64,000 nucleotides of DNA from the NCBI GenBank assembly GCA_044868295.1, contig JBIOWF010000229.1, positions 12,651-76,650 of the forward strand, read 5' to 3'. The position numbers and the translations under genes were made by a program. The notes beneath the pieces are model-generated. The model saw only the letters and a list, made by a program, of their open reading frames with translations, was not told the origin of the DNA and ran no database searches. This stretch comes from Microtetraspora sp. Its GTDB lineage: Bacteria > Actinomycetota > Actinomycetes > Streptosporangiales > Streptosporangiaceae. Within the stretch, counting starts at the first letter, position 1; the number at the start of each line of letters is the position of its first letter. Positions 28,916 through 38,528 of the stretch are shown piece after piece.

Positions 28916-29008
28916 TTGGCCGGTGCTCCAGGGGGACGAGACGGCCGGTGCGCCCCCGGCCGCACGAGCGGATGCGTCTGAATGTCGTAGAACTTCAGGT
29001 TAGTGCCT

Positions 29009-29026
29009 TTGTGAACCTATGCACAA
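29009..29026. promoter_or_regulatory. Rex operator (ROP) upstream of rex
   Basis: TTGTGAA-CCTA-TGCACAA, one mismatch to TTGTGAA-N4-TTCACAA. About 95 nt upstream of the rex start. Confidence 0.6.
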
Positions 29027-29104
29027 AGTCAGAACACATTTACTGTCCCAGGACGCCGGTCCGGTCCCGCATCCGGCCCATGTTTTGGCCAATAAGGTGG
29101 AGCC

Positions 29105-29350
29105 ATGGCGCCTAGTGACCATCGCATCACCCTCCTCGGCAAACCCGGCTGTCACCTCTGTGACGACGCCCGCTCGGTGATCGAGCGCGTGGCCGGAGAG
29201 CTCGGCGTGCCGTGGGAGGAGCGGGACATCACGGCCTCCGCCGACGACCTGGACAAATACTGGGAGATGATCCCGGTCACCCTGATCGACGGCGTCCAAC
29301 ATGACTTCTGGCGCGTTGACGAGACCCGCCTCCGCGCAGCCCTCTCCTAA
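29105..29350 (+). CDS. Glutaredoxin-like small thioredoxin-fold protein
   Basis: 81 aa with a GKPGCHLCDDA CxxC motif. Conserved partner upstream of hemA in actinobacteria. Confidence 0.8.
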   Translation: MAPSDHRITLLGKPGCHLCDDARSVIERVAGELGVPWEERDITASADDLDKYWEMIPVTLIDGVQHDFWRVDETRLRAALS

Positions 29351-29353
29351 GGG

Positions 29354-31006
29354 TTATCTGAAGGTTGTGGGGAGAGGCACGACCTTGGCGGCGTTCACGG
29401 TCAGCTCGATGACATTGGTGGCCAGGACCAGCGCCTGCCGCTCGGTCGCGAAACGCTCCATGTGGGGCTGGCGCTGGTGCTCGGTGAAGCCCACCTCGTC
29501 CCGGTAGAGCTCGTACACGATGCGCTGCAGCGGCGCCGACTTGACGCCGTGGCACACGAAGATCAGCGTGTCGGGTTCGCTGCGCTGCACGGCCTCCACG
29601 GTCTCCTCGGCCAGCCTGTCGAAGGCATCGCCTGAGCCGTCCATCAGCGTGAACACGGTGAGCAGACCATAGATGCTGGGTGACGGCTTGACCGTGCCGC
29701 CCTGCATCGGGCTGCTCTGCATGGGACCGGACTGCAGGGGACCGGGCGACGGAGGACCGGGCGGCATCGGGCCCATCGGACCTGACTGCATCGGACCTGC
29801 GGGACCAGGAGGCATCGGGCCCATCGGGCCGGGCGGCACGGGGCCCATGGGCCCCGGGGGCACCGAGCCGGGCGGCATGGAACCGGGCGGCATGGAACCT
29901 GGGGGCATCGGGCCGGGGGGCGCGGGCGCCGGGCCTGGTCGGGCCGCAGGGCCGAGCCCACCGCCCGCGCCTGGGCCCATCTCCGCCCCAGGGAACATCG
30001 CTCCTGTGGCGGGCATGCCGTACTCCTGCTTGGACTGAGCCGCCGGCATGCCGTACTCCGGCTTGCCGGGCGCGCCGTACGGGTCGGAGCTCATGATCTG
30101 ACCGGTCGCGGGGCCGCCGAAACCATCGGCCGGCTGCATCCGGGCGGCGTAGTCGACCTCACCCTGCTCGCCCGCGCGGTACTCCGCCACGAGGTCGCCC
30201 AGGCCCGAGCGGCGGGCAGGAGCCTGCGCGGGCGGCTCGACACGATCCTCGGCCGCGCGGTGGTCGCGCCCCTGCCACTCATCCGCACGCGCGTCCACCT
30301 CCTCGTCCTCGTCCTCGTACGGCGCGAGCGGGCGGGCGACCGCGTACCAGATCGCTCCGACGGCGGCCATCATGAGCACGATCACGACGACTCCGGGGAG
30401 CGTGAACTCCAGCGATACCGCGAGCGCGATTCCGGCCGGGGCGAGCGCCACGCTGGCGTTCATGTTGTCGGCGTCGTAGTCGTCCCCGTCCCGCCAGCTC
30501 AGCAGGGCGATGGCGAGAGAGATCACCAGCATCGCCACGACGAGCCCGTGGACGCCCCTCAGCAGCCATTCGGGCCAGATGTCCCAATGCGTCGCACCGT
30601 ACGGGAGCTCCTTGGCGAACGCCCCTGACAGGGGATCGAACAGCAGGATCACCGTGCCGACGACCGTCAGGGCGATGCCCAGCAGCCAGCCCGCGAACCG
30701 CGCCGCCGCCTTCTCGGCCAGCAGTTGGAGCACGCCCACGGCCAGCCAGAGAGGCGCCAGCAGCGAGCCGGTGATCTGGAACGACCGGAAGGTCGTGGAC
30801 CCGAATCCGATCAAATGCCCGGTGGCCGCCACACCCAGCGACAGGCACAGCGCGACGGTGGCGATGGTCCACGCGGTCAGCCAGCCCGAGGGCTCGTCGC
30901 GCAGGCGCCCGATCAGGACGCCTACGGCGATGGCGGCCAGGAGCGCGCCGGCGAACGCGATGACAGCGACAAAGACTTCCATGGTGGCACCCATGCTGCC
31001 GGACAT
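29354..31006 (-). CDS. Membrane protein with a Pro/Gly/Met-rich linker and a C-terminal ABM (antibiotic biosynthesis monooxygenase-like) domain
   Basis: 550 aa with about 6 N-terminal TM helices. A low-complexity PPGSMPPGSMPPGSVPPGPMGP run follows. The C-terminus (YGLLTVFTLMDG...YELYRDEVGFTEHQRQPHMERF) is ABM-like. Confidence 0.6.
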   Translation of the reverse strand: MSGSMGATMEVFVAVIAFAGALLAAIAVGVLIGRLRDEPSGWLTAWTIATVALCLSLGVAATGHLIGFGSTTFRSFQITGSLLAPLWLAVGVLQLLAEKAAARFAGWLLGIALTVVGTVILLFDPLSGAFAKELPYGATHWDIWPEWLLRGVHGLVVAMLVISLAIALLSWRDGDDYDADNMNASVALAPAGIALAVSLEFTLPGVVVIVLMMAAVGAIWYAVARPLAPYEDEDEEVDARADEWQGRDHRAAEDRVEPPAQAPARRSGLGDLVAEYRAGEQGEVDYAARMQPADGFGGPATGQIMSSDPYGAPGKPEYGMPAAQSKQEYGMPATGAMFPGAEMGPGAGGGLGPAARPGPAPAPPGPMPPGSMPPGSMPPGSVPPGPMGPVPPGPMGPMPPGPAGPMQSGPMGPMPPGPPSPGPLQSGPMQSSPMQGGTVKPSPSIYGLLTVFTLMDGSGDAFDRLAEETVEAVQRSEPDTLIFVCHGVKSAPLQRIVYELYRDEVGFTEHQRQPHMERFATERQALVLATNVIELTVNAAKVVPLPTTFR

Positions 31007-31153
31007 TCACCGTCGACCGGTAGCCGACTGCCATGACGTCCGCGATACACCGTTACGGGATGTGATTACTAGATCAGACGGGATTGTGTTATCCCTCGAT
31101 GATTTCTAGAGTGTTCGAGCACGCCGACTCCCCTTCCCCCATGGGATAACCGG

Positions 31154-31801
31154 ATGCCGAACACGTGGCCGTTCGCCGGGCACTCCCCTCCGGCCATCGC
31201 CGGAGTAGTCCAGCCTGCGCGATTCGTCGACCCCGCTGAACGCGAAGCAGAGCACGATGAGATGAGGACGCTGGTCCTGCGCGCCAAGACCGGCGACACC
31301 GAGGCTTTCGGCGCGCTCTACGACCGCTATCTGGAACTTGTCTACCGCTACGTCTACTTCCGGGTGGGTTCACACGCGCTCGCGGAGGACCTGACGAGTG
31401 AGACATTCCTGCGAGCGTTGCGCAGTGTGGCCGATTTCACTTGGCAGGGCCGGGATTTCGGGGCCTGGCTCGTCACCATCGCCAGAAACCTCGTGACCGA
31501 TCACTTCAAGTCGGGGCGCAACCGGTTGGAGGTGTCGACCGCGGAGGTCCTCGACACCCCGCTGGACGGGGCGCACATCCCCGAGAACGCGGTCGTCGCG
31601 AACATGGTCAACGAGCACGTGATGCAGGCCGTCAAGCAGCTCGGCCCCGAGCAGCAGGAGTGTGTCATCCTGCGCTTCCTGCACGGGATGTCGCTCGCCG
31701 AGACGGCCATGATCATGGGCAAGAAGAGCGGGGCGATCAAGGCCCTCCAGTTCCGCGCCATCAAGGCCCTCGCCCGAGCACTCCCCGAGGATCTCGGCTA
31801 G
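31154..31801 (+). CDS. ECF-type RNA polymerase sigma-70 family factor
   Basis: Has region 2 (LYDRYLELVYRYVYFRV, AEDLTSETF) and region 4 (LSLAETAMIMGKKSGAIKALQFRAIKAL). The start may instead be the ATG at 31262. Confidence 0.85.
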   Translation: MPNTWPFAGHSPPAIAGVVQPARFVDPAEREAEHDEMRTLVLRAKTGDTEAFGALYDRYLELVYRYVYFRVGSHALAEDLTSETFLRALRSVADFTWQGRDFGAWLVTIARNLVTDHFKSGRNRLEVSTAEVLDTPLDGAHIPENAVVANMVNEHVMQAVKQLGPEQQECVILRFLHGMSLAETAMIMGKKSGAIKALQFRAIKALARALPEDLG

Positions 31802-31928
31802 ATCGCGACGGGCGGTGTTCACAGAGCACTCCCCGCGCACGACCTGGCTCACGTGCCGTAACCCGGGTGGGCATCGCGTCGTTGGGCATGTCGCAGGCGT
31901 GGACTAGGGGGAAGTGGCAGGAGCGTTC

Positions 31929-32606
31929 ATGTGGAGGCGGCCTTCGCGCGGGAAACGGGTCGTGTGGGCGACGCGTACCACCGAGCGGGTAGCCGCGCAT
32001 CTCACCGAGCTCGGTTCCCTGTTGGGCCGTCCACGGCCGGAGTTTCGCGCCAGGCTCCGTGACGAGTTGCTGCGGACGCAGATCGCGGAGCGGGTGCCCG
32101 CCGCCCGGCCTCCCGCCGAGCGCCCGGAGTTCCGCCCCCGGTCCCTGCTGGTACGGCTGCGCCCTGTCTGCGTGTTCGGCGGGCTGCTGGCCTTCATGTT
32201 CGCGACCGGATCCCATGCCTACCGCTCCGTGCCGGGTGACCTGCTGTACCCGCTCAAGCGGGCGGCGGAGTCGACCCTGCTGACCTTCACGACCGACGAC
32301 GACGATCGGGCGCAGCGCGAGATGGTCGCGGCGCGGCTCCGGGCGACCGAGGCCGCAGCGCTGCTCGGCTTCTCCACCCCGGACCGGCGCCTCGTCGAGC
32401 AGACGCTGGACGACATGGATTCGAAGACGCGGGCCGCCCTCAGCCGGGTCAAGCCCCGCGACAAAACCAACGGCCGGGTGCGTCGCTTCGCCCGGGAACA
32501 GCGCAGCGTGGTGGAGCCGCTGCTGCCGAAGCTGGACGGGGAGAACCGGGACAAGGCCAACCAGTACCTGAGCTACATCGACACGTTCACGAGTGGAAGC
32601 CACTGA
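31929..32606 (+). CDS. DUF5667-like putative anti-sigma / sigma-associated membrane protein
   Basis: The ATG at 31929 has AGGAG 6 nt upstream. One TM helix (VCVFGGLLAFMFATG), then a helical domain. Immediately downstream of the ECF sigma gene. Confidence 0.6.
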   Translation: MWRRPSRGKRVVWATRTTERVAAHLTELGSLLGRPRPEFRARLRDELLRTQIAERVPAARPPAERPEFRPRSLLVRLRPVCVFGGLLAFMFATGSHAYRSVPGDLLYPLKRAAESTLLTFTTDDDDRAQREMVAARLRATEAAALLGFSTPDRRLVEQTLDDMDSKTRAALSRVKPRDKTNGRVRRFAREQRSVVEPLLPKLDGENRDKANQYLSYIDTFTSGSH

Positions 32607-32700
32607 CCGGAGCCGCGCGACCCGCCGGTATCCCCGTCGTCTCCGTGGCGACATCCGGGATACCGTTTTCGGAAACATGCGGCCGTTAAGCTGATGGGCT

Positions 32701-33567
32701 ATGAGGCGGCTAATACGACGGCGGGACGCGGCGGAGGTCGCGGGTGAGGTGGCGGCCGCGGCGGCGATCCCGACACCGAGTGCCATGCCCGACCCCACGG
32801 CCGCGGCGTTCTTCGACGTCGACAACACGATGATGCGGGGCGCCTCGATCTACCACTTCGCCCGCGGACTGGCCTCCCGGGGCCTGTTCACCACGAACGA
32901 CCTGGTGAGATTCGCCATAGGGCAGGCCTGGTTCCGGGTCAGGGGCAACGAGAACCCGGAGCACATCGCCAAGGCCAAGGAGATGGCGCTGGCCTTCGTC
33001 GCGGGTCTCAAGGTCGACGAGGTGGTGCATCTCGGCGAGGAGATCTACGACGAGGTCATGGCCGACCGCATCTGGACGGGCACGCGCGCGCTGGCCCAGG
33101 CCCACCTGGACGCCGGCCGGCGCGTCTGGCTGGTGACCGCCACTCCCGTGGAACTCGCCCGGGTGATCGCCCAGCGGCTCGGCCTCACCGGCGCTCTCGG
33201 GACGGTCGCGGAAACCGCGCAGGGCGCGTACACCGGTCGGCTCGTCGGAGACCTGCTCCACGGCCCGGCGAAGGCGGAGGCCATCCGGGCGCTCGCCCGC
33301 AAGGAGGGGCTCGACCTGGCCCGATGCTCGGCCTACAGCGACTCGGCCAATGATCTGCCGATGCTGTCGCTGGTCGGGAACGCGTACGCGATCAACCCGG
33401 ACAGCGAGCTGCGCGACCACGCCAAGGACCAGGGCTGGCAGGTCCGCGACTTCCGGACCGGCCGGAAGGCCACCATGATCGGCCTGCCCATCGCGGCGAC
33501 CGCGGGCGCGATCGCGGGCGGCGTGGCCGCGGGGATCGCGCTTCGCAGGCACTACCGCTCGACTTGA
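32701..33567 (+). CDS. HAD-IB family hydrolase (SerB-like phosphatase)
   Basis: Has FFDVDNTMM, a VTATP-type motif and [14 protein letters not shown] motifs, plus a C-terminal TM segment. The start may be the ATG at 32785. Confidence 0.8.
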   Translation: MRRLIRRRDAAEVAGEVAAAAAIPTPSAMPDPTAAAFFDVDNTMMRGASIYHFARGLASRGLFTTNDLVRFAIGQAWFRVRGNENPEHIAKAKEMALAFVAGLKVDEVVHLGEEIYDEVMADRIWTGTRALAQAHLDAGRRVWLVTATPVELARVIAQRLGLTGALGTVAETAQGAYTGRLVGDLLHGPAKAEAIRALARKEGLDLARCSAYSDSANDLPMLSLVGNAYAINPDSELRDHAKDQGWQVRDFRTGRKATMIGLPIAATAGAIAGGVAAGIALRRHYRST

Positions 33568-33646
33568 CGCCCGTCGCGCCGCGGGCCGGTCGAGCCGGTG
33601 CCACGACGTCCGGACAGCTCCTTGGACGATCGGGCGGCTCTTGGCG

Positions 33647-33760
33647 GAACGGCTCTCAGCGCGCGAACGGCTCCCAGCGGGAACGGCTCCCAGCCGAACG
33701 ATTCACAGTAGACCGAACCGTTCTCAGCCGAACGGTTCTCAGGAGAACGGCGCGAAAGCG
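33647..33760. repeat. Imperfect tandem array of about 7 units of 15-19 bp (GAACGGYTCYCAG...)
   Basis: Units start at 33647, 33665, 33681, 33696, 33715, 33730 and 33745. Units 5 and 6 (GAACCGTTC / GAACGGTTC) are reverse complements and can form a 9-bp hairpin at the stop codon of the acyltransferase gene. Confidence 0.7.
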
Positions 33761-34680
33761 TGGCCGCGGCGCAGACGCAAGGCGTTGAGCTGCTGCTGGA
33801 TGGTCTCGCGAACCTGGTCGGTGAGGTTGAACACGAGCATCGGGTCGTCGGCGTCCGCGGGGTCGAACTCGTCGGTGCGGATCGGCTCGCCGAACTCGAT
33901 CAGCCACTTGGACGGCAGCGGGATCAGCCCGAAGAGGCCGAACCAGGGGAAGAACGGCGTGATCGGCAGGTACGGCACACCGAGCAGCCTGGCCAGCGCG
34001 GGGAAGTCGCCGATCTTGGGGTAGATCTCCTCGGCGCCGACGATGGCGCACGGCAGGATCGGCACGCCCGCCCGGATGGCCGAGGCCACGAATCCCCCGC
34101 GGCCGAACCGCTGGAGCTTGTAGCGCTGGGAGAACGGCTTGCCGACGCCCTTGAAGCCCTCGGGGAACACCCCGACGAGCTCGCCCTTGCGCAGCAGCCG
34201 GTCGGCGTCCTCGGGACAGGCCAGGGTGTGGCCGGTCTTGCGGGACAGATGACCCATGACGGGAAGCTGGTAGACCAGGTCGGCCCCCAGCAGGCGGACC
34301 GCACGGTGAGCCTCGTCGTGCAACGCCACCTGCATCATCAGCGCGTCGACGGGGAGGGTCCCTGAGTGGTTGCCCACGACCAGCGCGCCGGACTCCACGG
34401 GGACGTTGTCGAGGCCGAGCGTCTCGACGCGGAACCAGTGGCGGTAGAGCGGCCGGATCAACTCCAGCAGGACCTTGTCGTTGAGCTCGGCGTCGAAACC
34501 GAACTCGTCGACCTCGTAGTCGCCCGAGATCCGCCGCCGGATGAAGCCGAACAGCTCCGCGAGCCGGTCCGCGTACGGCTCAGAGTCCGGCTCAGAGTCC
34601 GGCTCCGGCTCGGGCGCGCCGCGCACGGAGGTGATGGGGATCACCTGGGCGCGTTCTTCGGGAACCTCCACGTGACTCAC
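33739..34680 (-). CDS. Lysophospholipid (1-acyl-sn-glycerol-3-phosphate) acyltransferase family protein
   Basis: Has VVGNHSG (HX4D-type region) and FPEG motifs. Overlaps the stop of the upstream epimerase gene. Confidence 0.85.
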   Translation of the reverse strand: MSHVEVPEERAQVIPITSVRGAPEPEPDSEPDSEPYADRLAELFGFIRRRISGDYEVDEFGFDAELNDKVLLELIRPLYRHWFRVETLGLDNVPVESGALVVGNHSGTLPVDALMMQVALHDEAHRAVRLLGADLVYQLPVMGHLSRKTGHTLACPEDADRLLRKGELVGVFPEGFKGVGKPFSQRYKLQRFGRGGFVASAIRAGVPILPCAIVGAEEIYPKIGDFPALARLLGVPYLPITPFFPWFGLFGLIPLPSKWLIEFGEPIRTDEFDPADADDPMLVFNLTDQVRETIQQQLNALRLRRGHAFAPFS

Positions 34681-35699
34681 CGCCTCGCCACCAGACCGGA
34701 CAGCCAGTCGACCATGCTAAGCGGCAGACTTCCCGAAAGGTTACGAGAGCGAAGAAAGTCGTCGAATGCGGCAGCCGTGCTGAACTTGGGCTTCCAGCCC
34801 AGCTCGACGGCAAGCCGGGAGGCGTCGACGGCGCGGCCGTGGCTCATCAGGGCCAGTTGCTCGGGCGAGAAGTCCACCCGGCCGACACCCCGCGCCATCT
34901 CCCCGAGCAGCCGGAATGCCGGCGAAGGCACCGGGAGCGTCGGCCGGCCCGCACGCCGCAGGCACTGGGACAGCAATAGGACCCCGTCGCCGGTCACGTT
35001 GAACGTGCCGGGATGGTCCTCGACCGCCATCCGGCGCAGCACCTCGACCGCGTCGTCCTCGTGAACGAACTGCAACCTCGGGTCGAAGCCGAACACGGTC
35101 GGGAGCATCGGCTGGGAGAAGTAGCGCGACAGCGGCGAGTCGACGCCCGGCCCCATGAAGTTGGCGAACCGGAGAGTCGACGTGACGATGTCGGGACGCC
35201 GCCGGGCGAAGCCCCGGACGTAGCCCTCGACCTCCAGGGCGTCCTTGGCGTACCCGGAATGCGGGACCTCGACGGGCTCGCTCTCCTCGGTGAAGACGGC
35301 CGGGTCGTGCGGCGACGAGCCGTACACGGCCGTCGTGGAACGCACGACCACTCTGCGCACCGTCGCGGACCGCTGGCAGGCGCCCAGCAGTTGCATGGTG
35401 CCGATGACGTTGTGCTCCTTCATGGCCGACCGGCTCTTCGCAGGGCCGCTGACCAGGCTCATGTGCACAACGGTGTCGATGTCCGCCGCCGCGATGACCT
35501 GCGCGATGTCGGGGCTACGCAGATCGACGCGGACGAATTCGGTGCGCCCGAGTCGCGTGCCGCCGTCCCTTGTCAACGACGGTGGGGGCACCGTGTCGAC
35601 TCCGATGACCCGGTCGATGTCCGGATCGGCGGCGAGAATGCTCGCTACTCGAGCACCGATGTGACGAGAGACCCCAGTGACGAGCACGGTGTGGGTCAT
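34677..35699 (-). CDS. NAD-dependent epimerase/dehydratase family protein
   Basis: Has VLVTGVSRHIG Rossmann and YAKDAL (YxxxK) motifs. Synteny with Mycobacterium galE2-like Rv0501. Confidence 0.85.
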   Translation of the reverse strand: MTHTVLVTGVSRHIGARVASILAADPDIDRVIGVDTVPPPSLTRDGGTRLGRTEFVRVDLRSPDIAQVIAAADIDTVVHMSLVSGPAKSRSAMKEHNVIGTMQLLGACQRSATVRRVVVRSTTAVYGSSPHDPAVFTEESEPVEVPHSGYAKDALEVEGYVRGFARRRPDIVTSTLRFANFMGPGVDSPLSRYFSQPMLPTVFGFDPRLQFVHEDDAVEVLRRMAVEDHPGTFNVTGDGVLLLSQCLRRAGRPTLPVPSPAFRLLGEMARGVGRVDFSPEQLALMSHGRAVDASRLAVELGWKPKFSTAAAFDDFLRSRNLSGSLPLSMVDWLSGLVARR

Positions 35700-35769
35700 C
35701 GTCGCCTCACAGGGATATGCGTGTTCACGGTCGCCCGGCCCCTCGGGACCGGTGCGCGCTCCGTCTCGA

Positions 35770-35868
35770 CTACTTCTTGTTACGCCGCTGGATGCGGGTC
35801 TTCTTGAGCAGCTTGCGGTGCTTCTTCTTCGCCATGCGCTTACGGCGCTTCTTGATCACAGAGCCCAC
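35770..35868 (-). CDS. 30S ribosomal protein bS22 (actinobacterial small basic protein)
   Basis: Not in the ORF track (32 aa). The reverse strand reads (V)[31 protein letters not shown], essentially the mycobacterial bS22 (Rv0500B) sequence. Confidence 0.85.
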   Translation of the reverse strand: MGSVIKKRRKRMAKKKHRKLLKKTRIQRRNKK

Positions 35869-35900
35869 GGGACCCCCAGGTGAAGGTGGTGAATGCCAAA

Positions 35901-35922
35901 CCGGTGTGCGAGCGCACACCGG
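35901..35922. other. Perfect palindrome ccggtgtgcg-ag-cgcacaccgg between the HTH gene and bS22
   Basis: Seen directly. Could be a hairpin terminator or processing site on the minus-strand transcript. No U-tract. Confidence 0.3.
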
Positions 35923-36031
35923 CTCAACAGACTACCGGCGATCCACTGTCGATCGCTCCCCCGGGGGGACCCCATGTAGCCGCTAGTGAACCGTGCGCTT
36001 GTTAACCGCTGGTTTCAGCTGCCTCGTCTCT

Positions 36032-36235
36032 TCATCCAGCCTCGATGAACGCATCCCTGAGGTAGTCGTGTACCGCCTGCTCGGGCACTCTGAAGGACCG
36101 GCCGACCCTGATGGCCGGCAACTCACCCGAGTGCACGAGCCGGTACACCGTCATCTTGGACACCCGCATGACGGTAGCCACTTCAGCCACCGTCAGGAAC
36201 TTCACCTCGCTGAGAGGTCTTTCGCCTGCAGCCAT
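36032..36235 (-). CDS. Excisionase-family helix-turn-helix DNA-binding protein (Rv0500A-like)
   Basis: FLTVAEVATVMRVSKMTVYRLVHSGELPAIRVGRSFRV. Conserved next to bS22 and proC in actinobacteria. Confidence 0.8.
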   Translation of the reverse strand: MAAGERPLSEVKFLTVAEVATVMRVSKMTVYRLVHSGELPAIRVGRSFRVPEQAVHDYLRDAFIEAG

Positions 36236-36547
36236 CGGACGCCTCTTCCGCACGTGTTTCCGGGTTATCCCCACTGGTGCCATCGCTCACGCACGTGTAC
36301 TGCTGTCAGCGTAAGTCCGGACTCCGCGTAGGCAAACCCCCCATTTCATCAGTCACCGGAGCCGTGTGCCGTCAAAATCGAGAAAATCGCTGGCAGCAGC
36401 AGGGCCGTGCCCCTCGCCTCAATCTTGGAACGGACCAACTTCTCTCACATTAGAGTCGTCTGGGATCACCAAAAAGTTGGCAAACGGTGGACACACCAGT
36501 AGAAAGGCGTGCGCGAAAAGCCCGTTTCGGGAGGCCCGAATTCGGAC

Positions 36548-37327
36548 TTAGAGGCCGTTAGTGATCCTATTCAGGAGATAAGCCGTCAACGGGGCGTAAT
36601 ATCTTGGCAACACATTGTCATCAAGGGGCACCGCCACGGCGATTTTCCCCTCCGCCTCGCCTACGAAGAGTGCCGGGTCGTTGCTGTCCGCGAACCCCAC
36701 CGCGTCGATTCCGGCCTCTCCCGCCGCCCCGGCCCAGCCGTGATCGGCGATCACGAAGTCGGGGCGCTCCTCGGCCAGGATGGCGCGCATCGGCTCCGGA
36801 TCGTGGGTGTGCACCAGCGCCCCGCCGTCGCTGAGCATGGCCACGTCGTCCAGGTAACGGATCTTCCTCCGCCGCCCGAATCCGCCGCTCACATAGCTCC
36901 AGCCCTCGGCGGGGGCGACCGGCGTGGCGCCGTGCGCCGCGACGAACCGGGCCAGCGCCAGGTGGATGGTCAGCAGGCCGGTCGGGTGGCCGGTGGCGAT
37001 CAGGATGCGAGGACTGTCCTGGCGCAGCGCCTCGGCGATGCGATCTCCCATCGCCTCCACCGCGTCGACCGTACGCTCCGGATCGATGGTGTCCTGACCC
37101 TCCCTGTGGGAGGGATCGGCGACGACGCCCACGCGCTTGGCCATCAGCTCCAGAACGTCGGGGAATCCCCACTCGCCGTCGAAACTGAGGCCGAACATGT
37201 AGTGGGGGTCGCCGATGGCCAGCGACCGGTAGTGGTCGAGGTTGTTCTCGCGCGGGGTCGCGACGTCGCCGGCGATTCTCGTTCTGATCAGGTGTTCGAC
37301 GAGTTCGGCGCGGTTGGGGGCGGTCAC
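36548..37327 (-). CDS. Conserved actinobacterial hypothetical protein (often annotated as phosphatase)
   Basis: The GTG at 37327 has GAGGAG 13 nt upstream. A 259-aa soluble protein downstream of acuC. Function not verifiable from sequence. Confidence 0.55.
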   Translation of the reverse strand: MTAPNRAELVEHLIRTRIAGDVATPRENNLDHYRSLAIGDPHYMFGLSFDGEWGFPDVLELMAKRVGVVADPSHREGQDTIDPERTVDAVEAMGDRIAEALRQDSPRILIATGHPTGLLTIHLALARFVAAHGATPVAPAEGWSYVSGGFGRRRKIRYLDDVAMLSDGGALVHTHDPEPMRAILAEERPDFVIADHGWAGAAGEAGIDAVGFADSNDPALFVGEAEGKIAVAVPLDDNVLPRYYAPLTAYLLNRITNGL

Positions 37328-37364
37328 AGGAGTTACAGCGCTCCTCGGCTCGTCATGATTCCGT

Positions 37365-38528
37365 TCACGGCATCGGATCCAGCCCGTGGTAGGGGAAGAC
37401 CGCGTTCCGGGTGGCCATGATCGCTTGATCGATCGGGTCTCCCGGATCGTAGCCTGCCGAGATGTCGCGGAAGTCCGGGGTGCGCCCATCTGACATCGTC
37501 AGCGGCGGCGTCTCTCCGGTCCGGTCCCGCACCAGGGTCCGCCAGCTCTGCGGCGTCGTGGTCGCCGGATCGATGGGACTGCCCGCCGCCTCGGCGATCA
37601 GATGGGTCCACGCCCGCGGCACGACCTGGACGAGCTCGTAGCCCCCGCCTCCCGTGGCGACCCATCGCCCGCCGGCGGTCTCGTGGGCCAGCCGGTGCAG
37701 CGCGGCGTAGGCCGTACGCTGACCGTCGACACTGAGCATCAGATGGGCCAGCGGGTCGAGGGCGTGGCTGTCGCACCCGTGCTGCGTCACGAGCACCTGC
37801 GGCCCGAACTCGCGCAGCAGTGGCGGCACGACGGCGTGGAAGGCGCGCAGCCAGTCGCCGTCGCCGCAGCCCGCCGCAAGCGCGACGTTGACCGCGGTGC
37901 CCTGGGCGCCGGTCTCGCCGGGGAATCCGGTGCCCGGAAACAGGGTGCGCGGGCTCTCGTGCAGGCTGATCGTGAGCACCCGCGGATCGTCGTGGAACAG
38001 GGCCTGGACCCCGTCGCCGTGATGCACGTCCACGTCCACGTAGGCGACCTTCGACGCGCCCTGTGAGAGCAGCCACGCGATCGCGACCGCCGGGTCGTTG
38101 TAGACGCAGAAGCCACTTGCCGTGTCCGCCATGGCGTGGTGCAGCCCGCCCGCCACGTTCACCGCGTGTTCGGCCCGGCCGGTCCACACCGCCCTGGCCG
38201 CCTCCAGAGTCGCTCCCGCGATCAGCGCCGAGGCCTCGTGCACTCCCGCGAAGGCGGGGTTGTCGGCGGTGCCCAGCCCGCAACTCAGATCGGGCCTGCC
38301 CGTCGCGGAGACGCCCTTGACCGCATCGATGTAGTCCCGTTTGTGCACCAGCGCGAGCTCGTCATCACTGGCCGGCTCGCAGCCGGACAGCTCGACCCCG
38401 TCGAGCACGCCCAGATCACGGGCGAGCTCCATGGTCAGCTCGACGCGCACGGGTGCGAGCGGATGCCCGGGGCCGAAGTTGTACGACGTCAGCGCGTCGT
38501 CCCAGACCACCCGGACCGCGTCGCTCAT
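37365..38528 (-). CDS. acuC: Acetoin utilization protein AcuC (histone deacetylase family)
   Basis: 387 aa with HDAC motifs (GGLHHA, VDVDVHHGDGVQ). Confidence 0.9.
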   Translation of the reverse strand: MSDAVRVVWDDALTSYNFGPGHPLAPVRVELTMELARDLGVLDGVELSGCEPASDDELALVHKRDYIDAVKGVSATGRPDLSCGLGTADNPAFAGVHEASALIAGATLEAARAVWTGRAEHAVNVAGGLHHAMADTASGFCVYNDPAVAIAWLLSQGASKVAYVDVDVHHGDGVQALFHDDPRVLTISLHESPRTLFPGTGFPGETGAQGTAVNVALAAGCGDGDWLRAFHAVVPPLLREFGPQVLVTQHGCDSHALDPLAHLMLSVDGQRTAYAALHRLAHETAGGRWVATGGGGYELVQVVPRAWTHLIAEAAGSPIDPATTTPQSWRTLVRDRTGETPPLTMSDGRTPDFRDISAGYDPGDPIDQAIMATRNAVFPYHGLDPMP

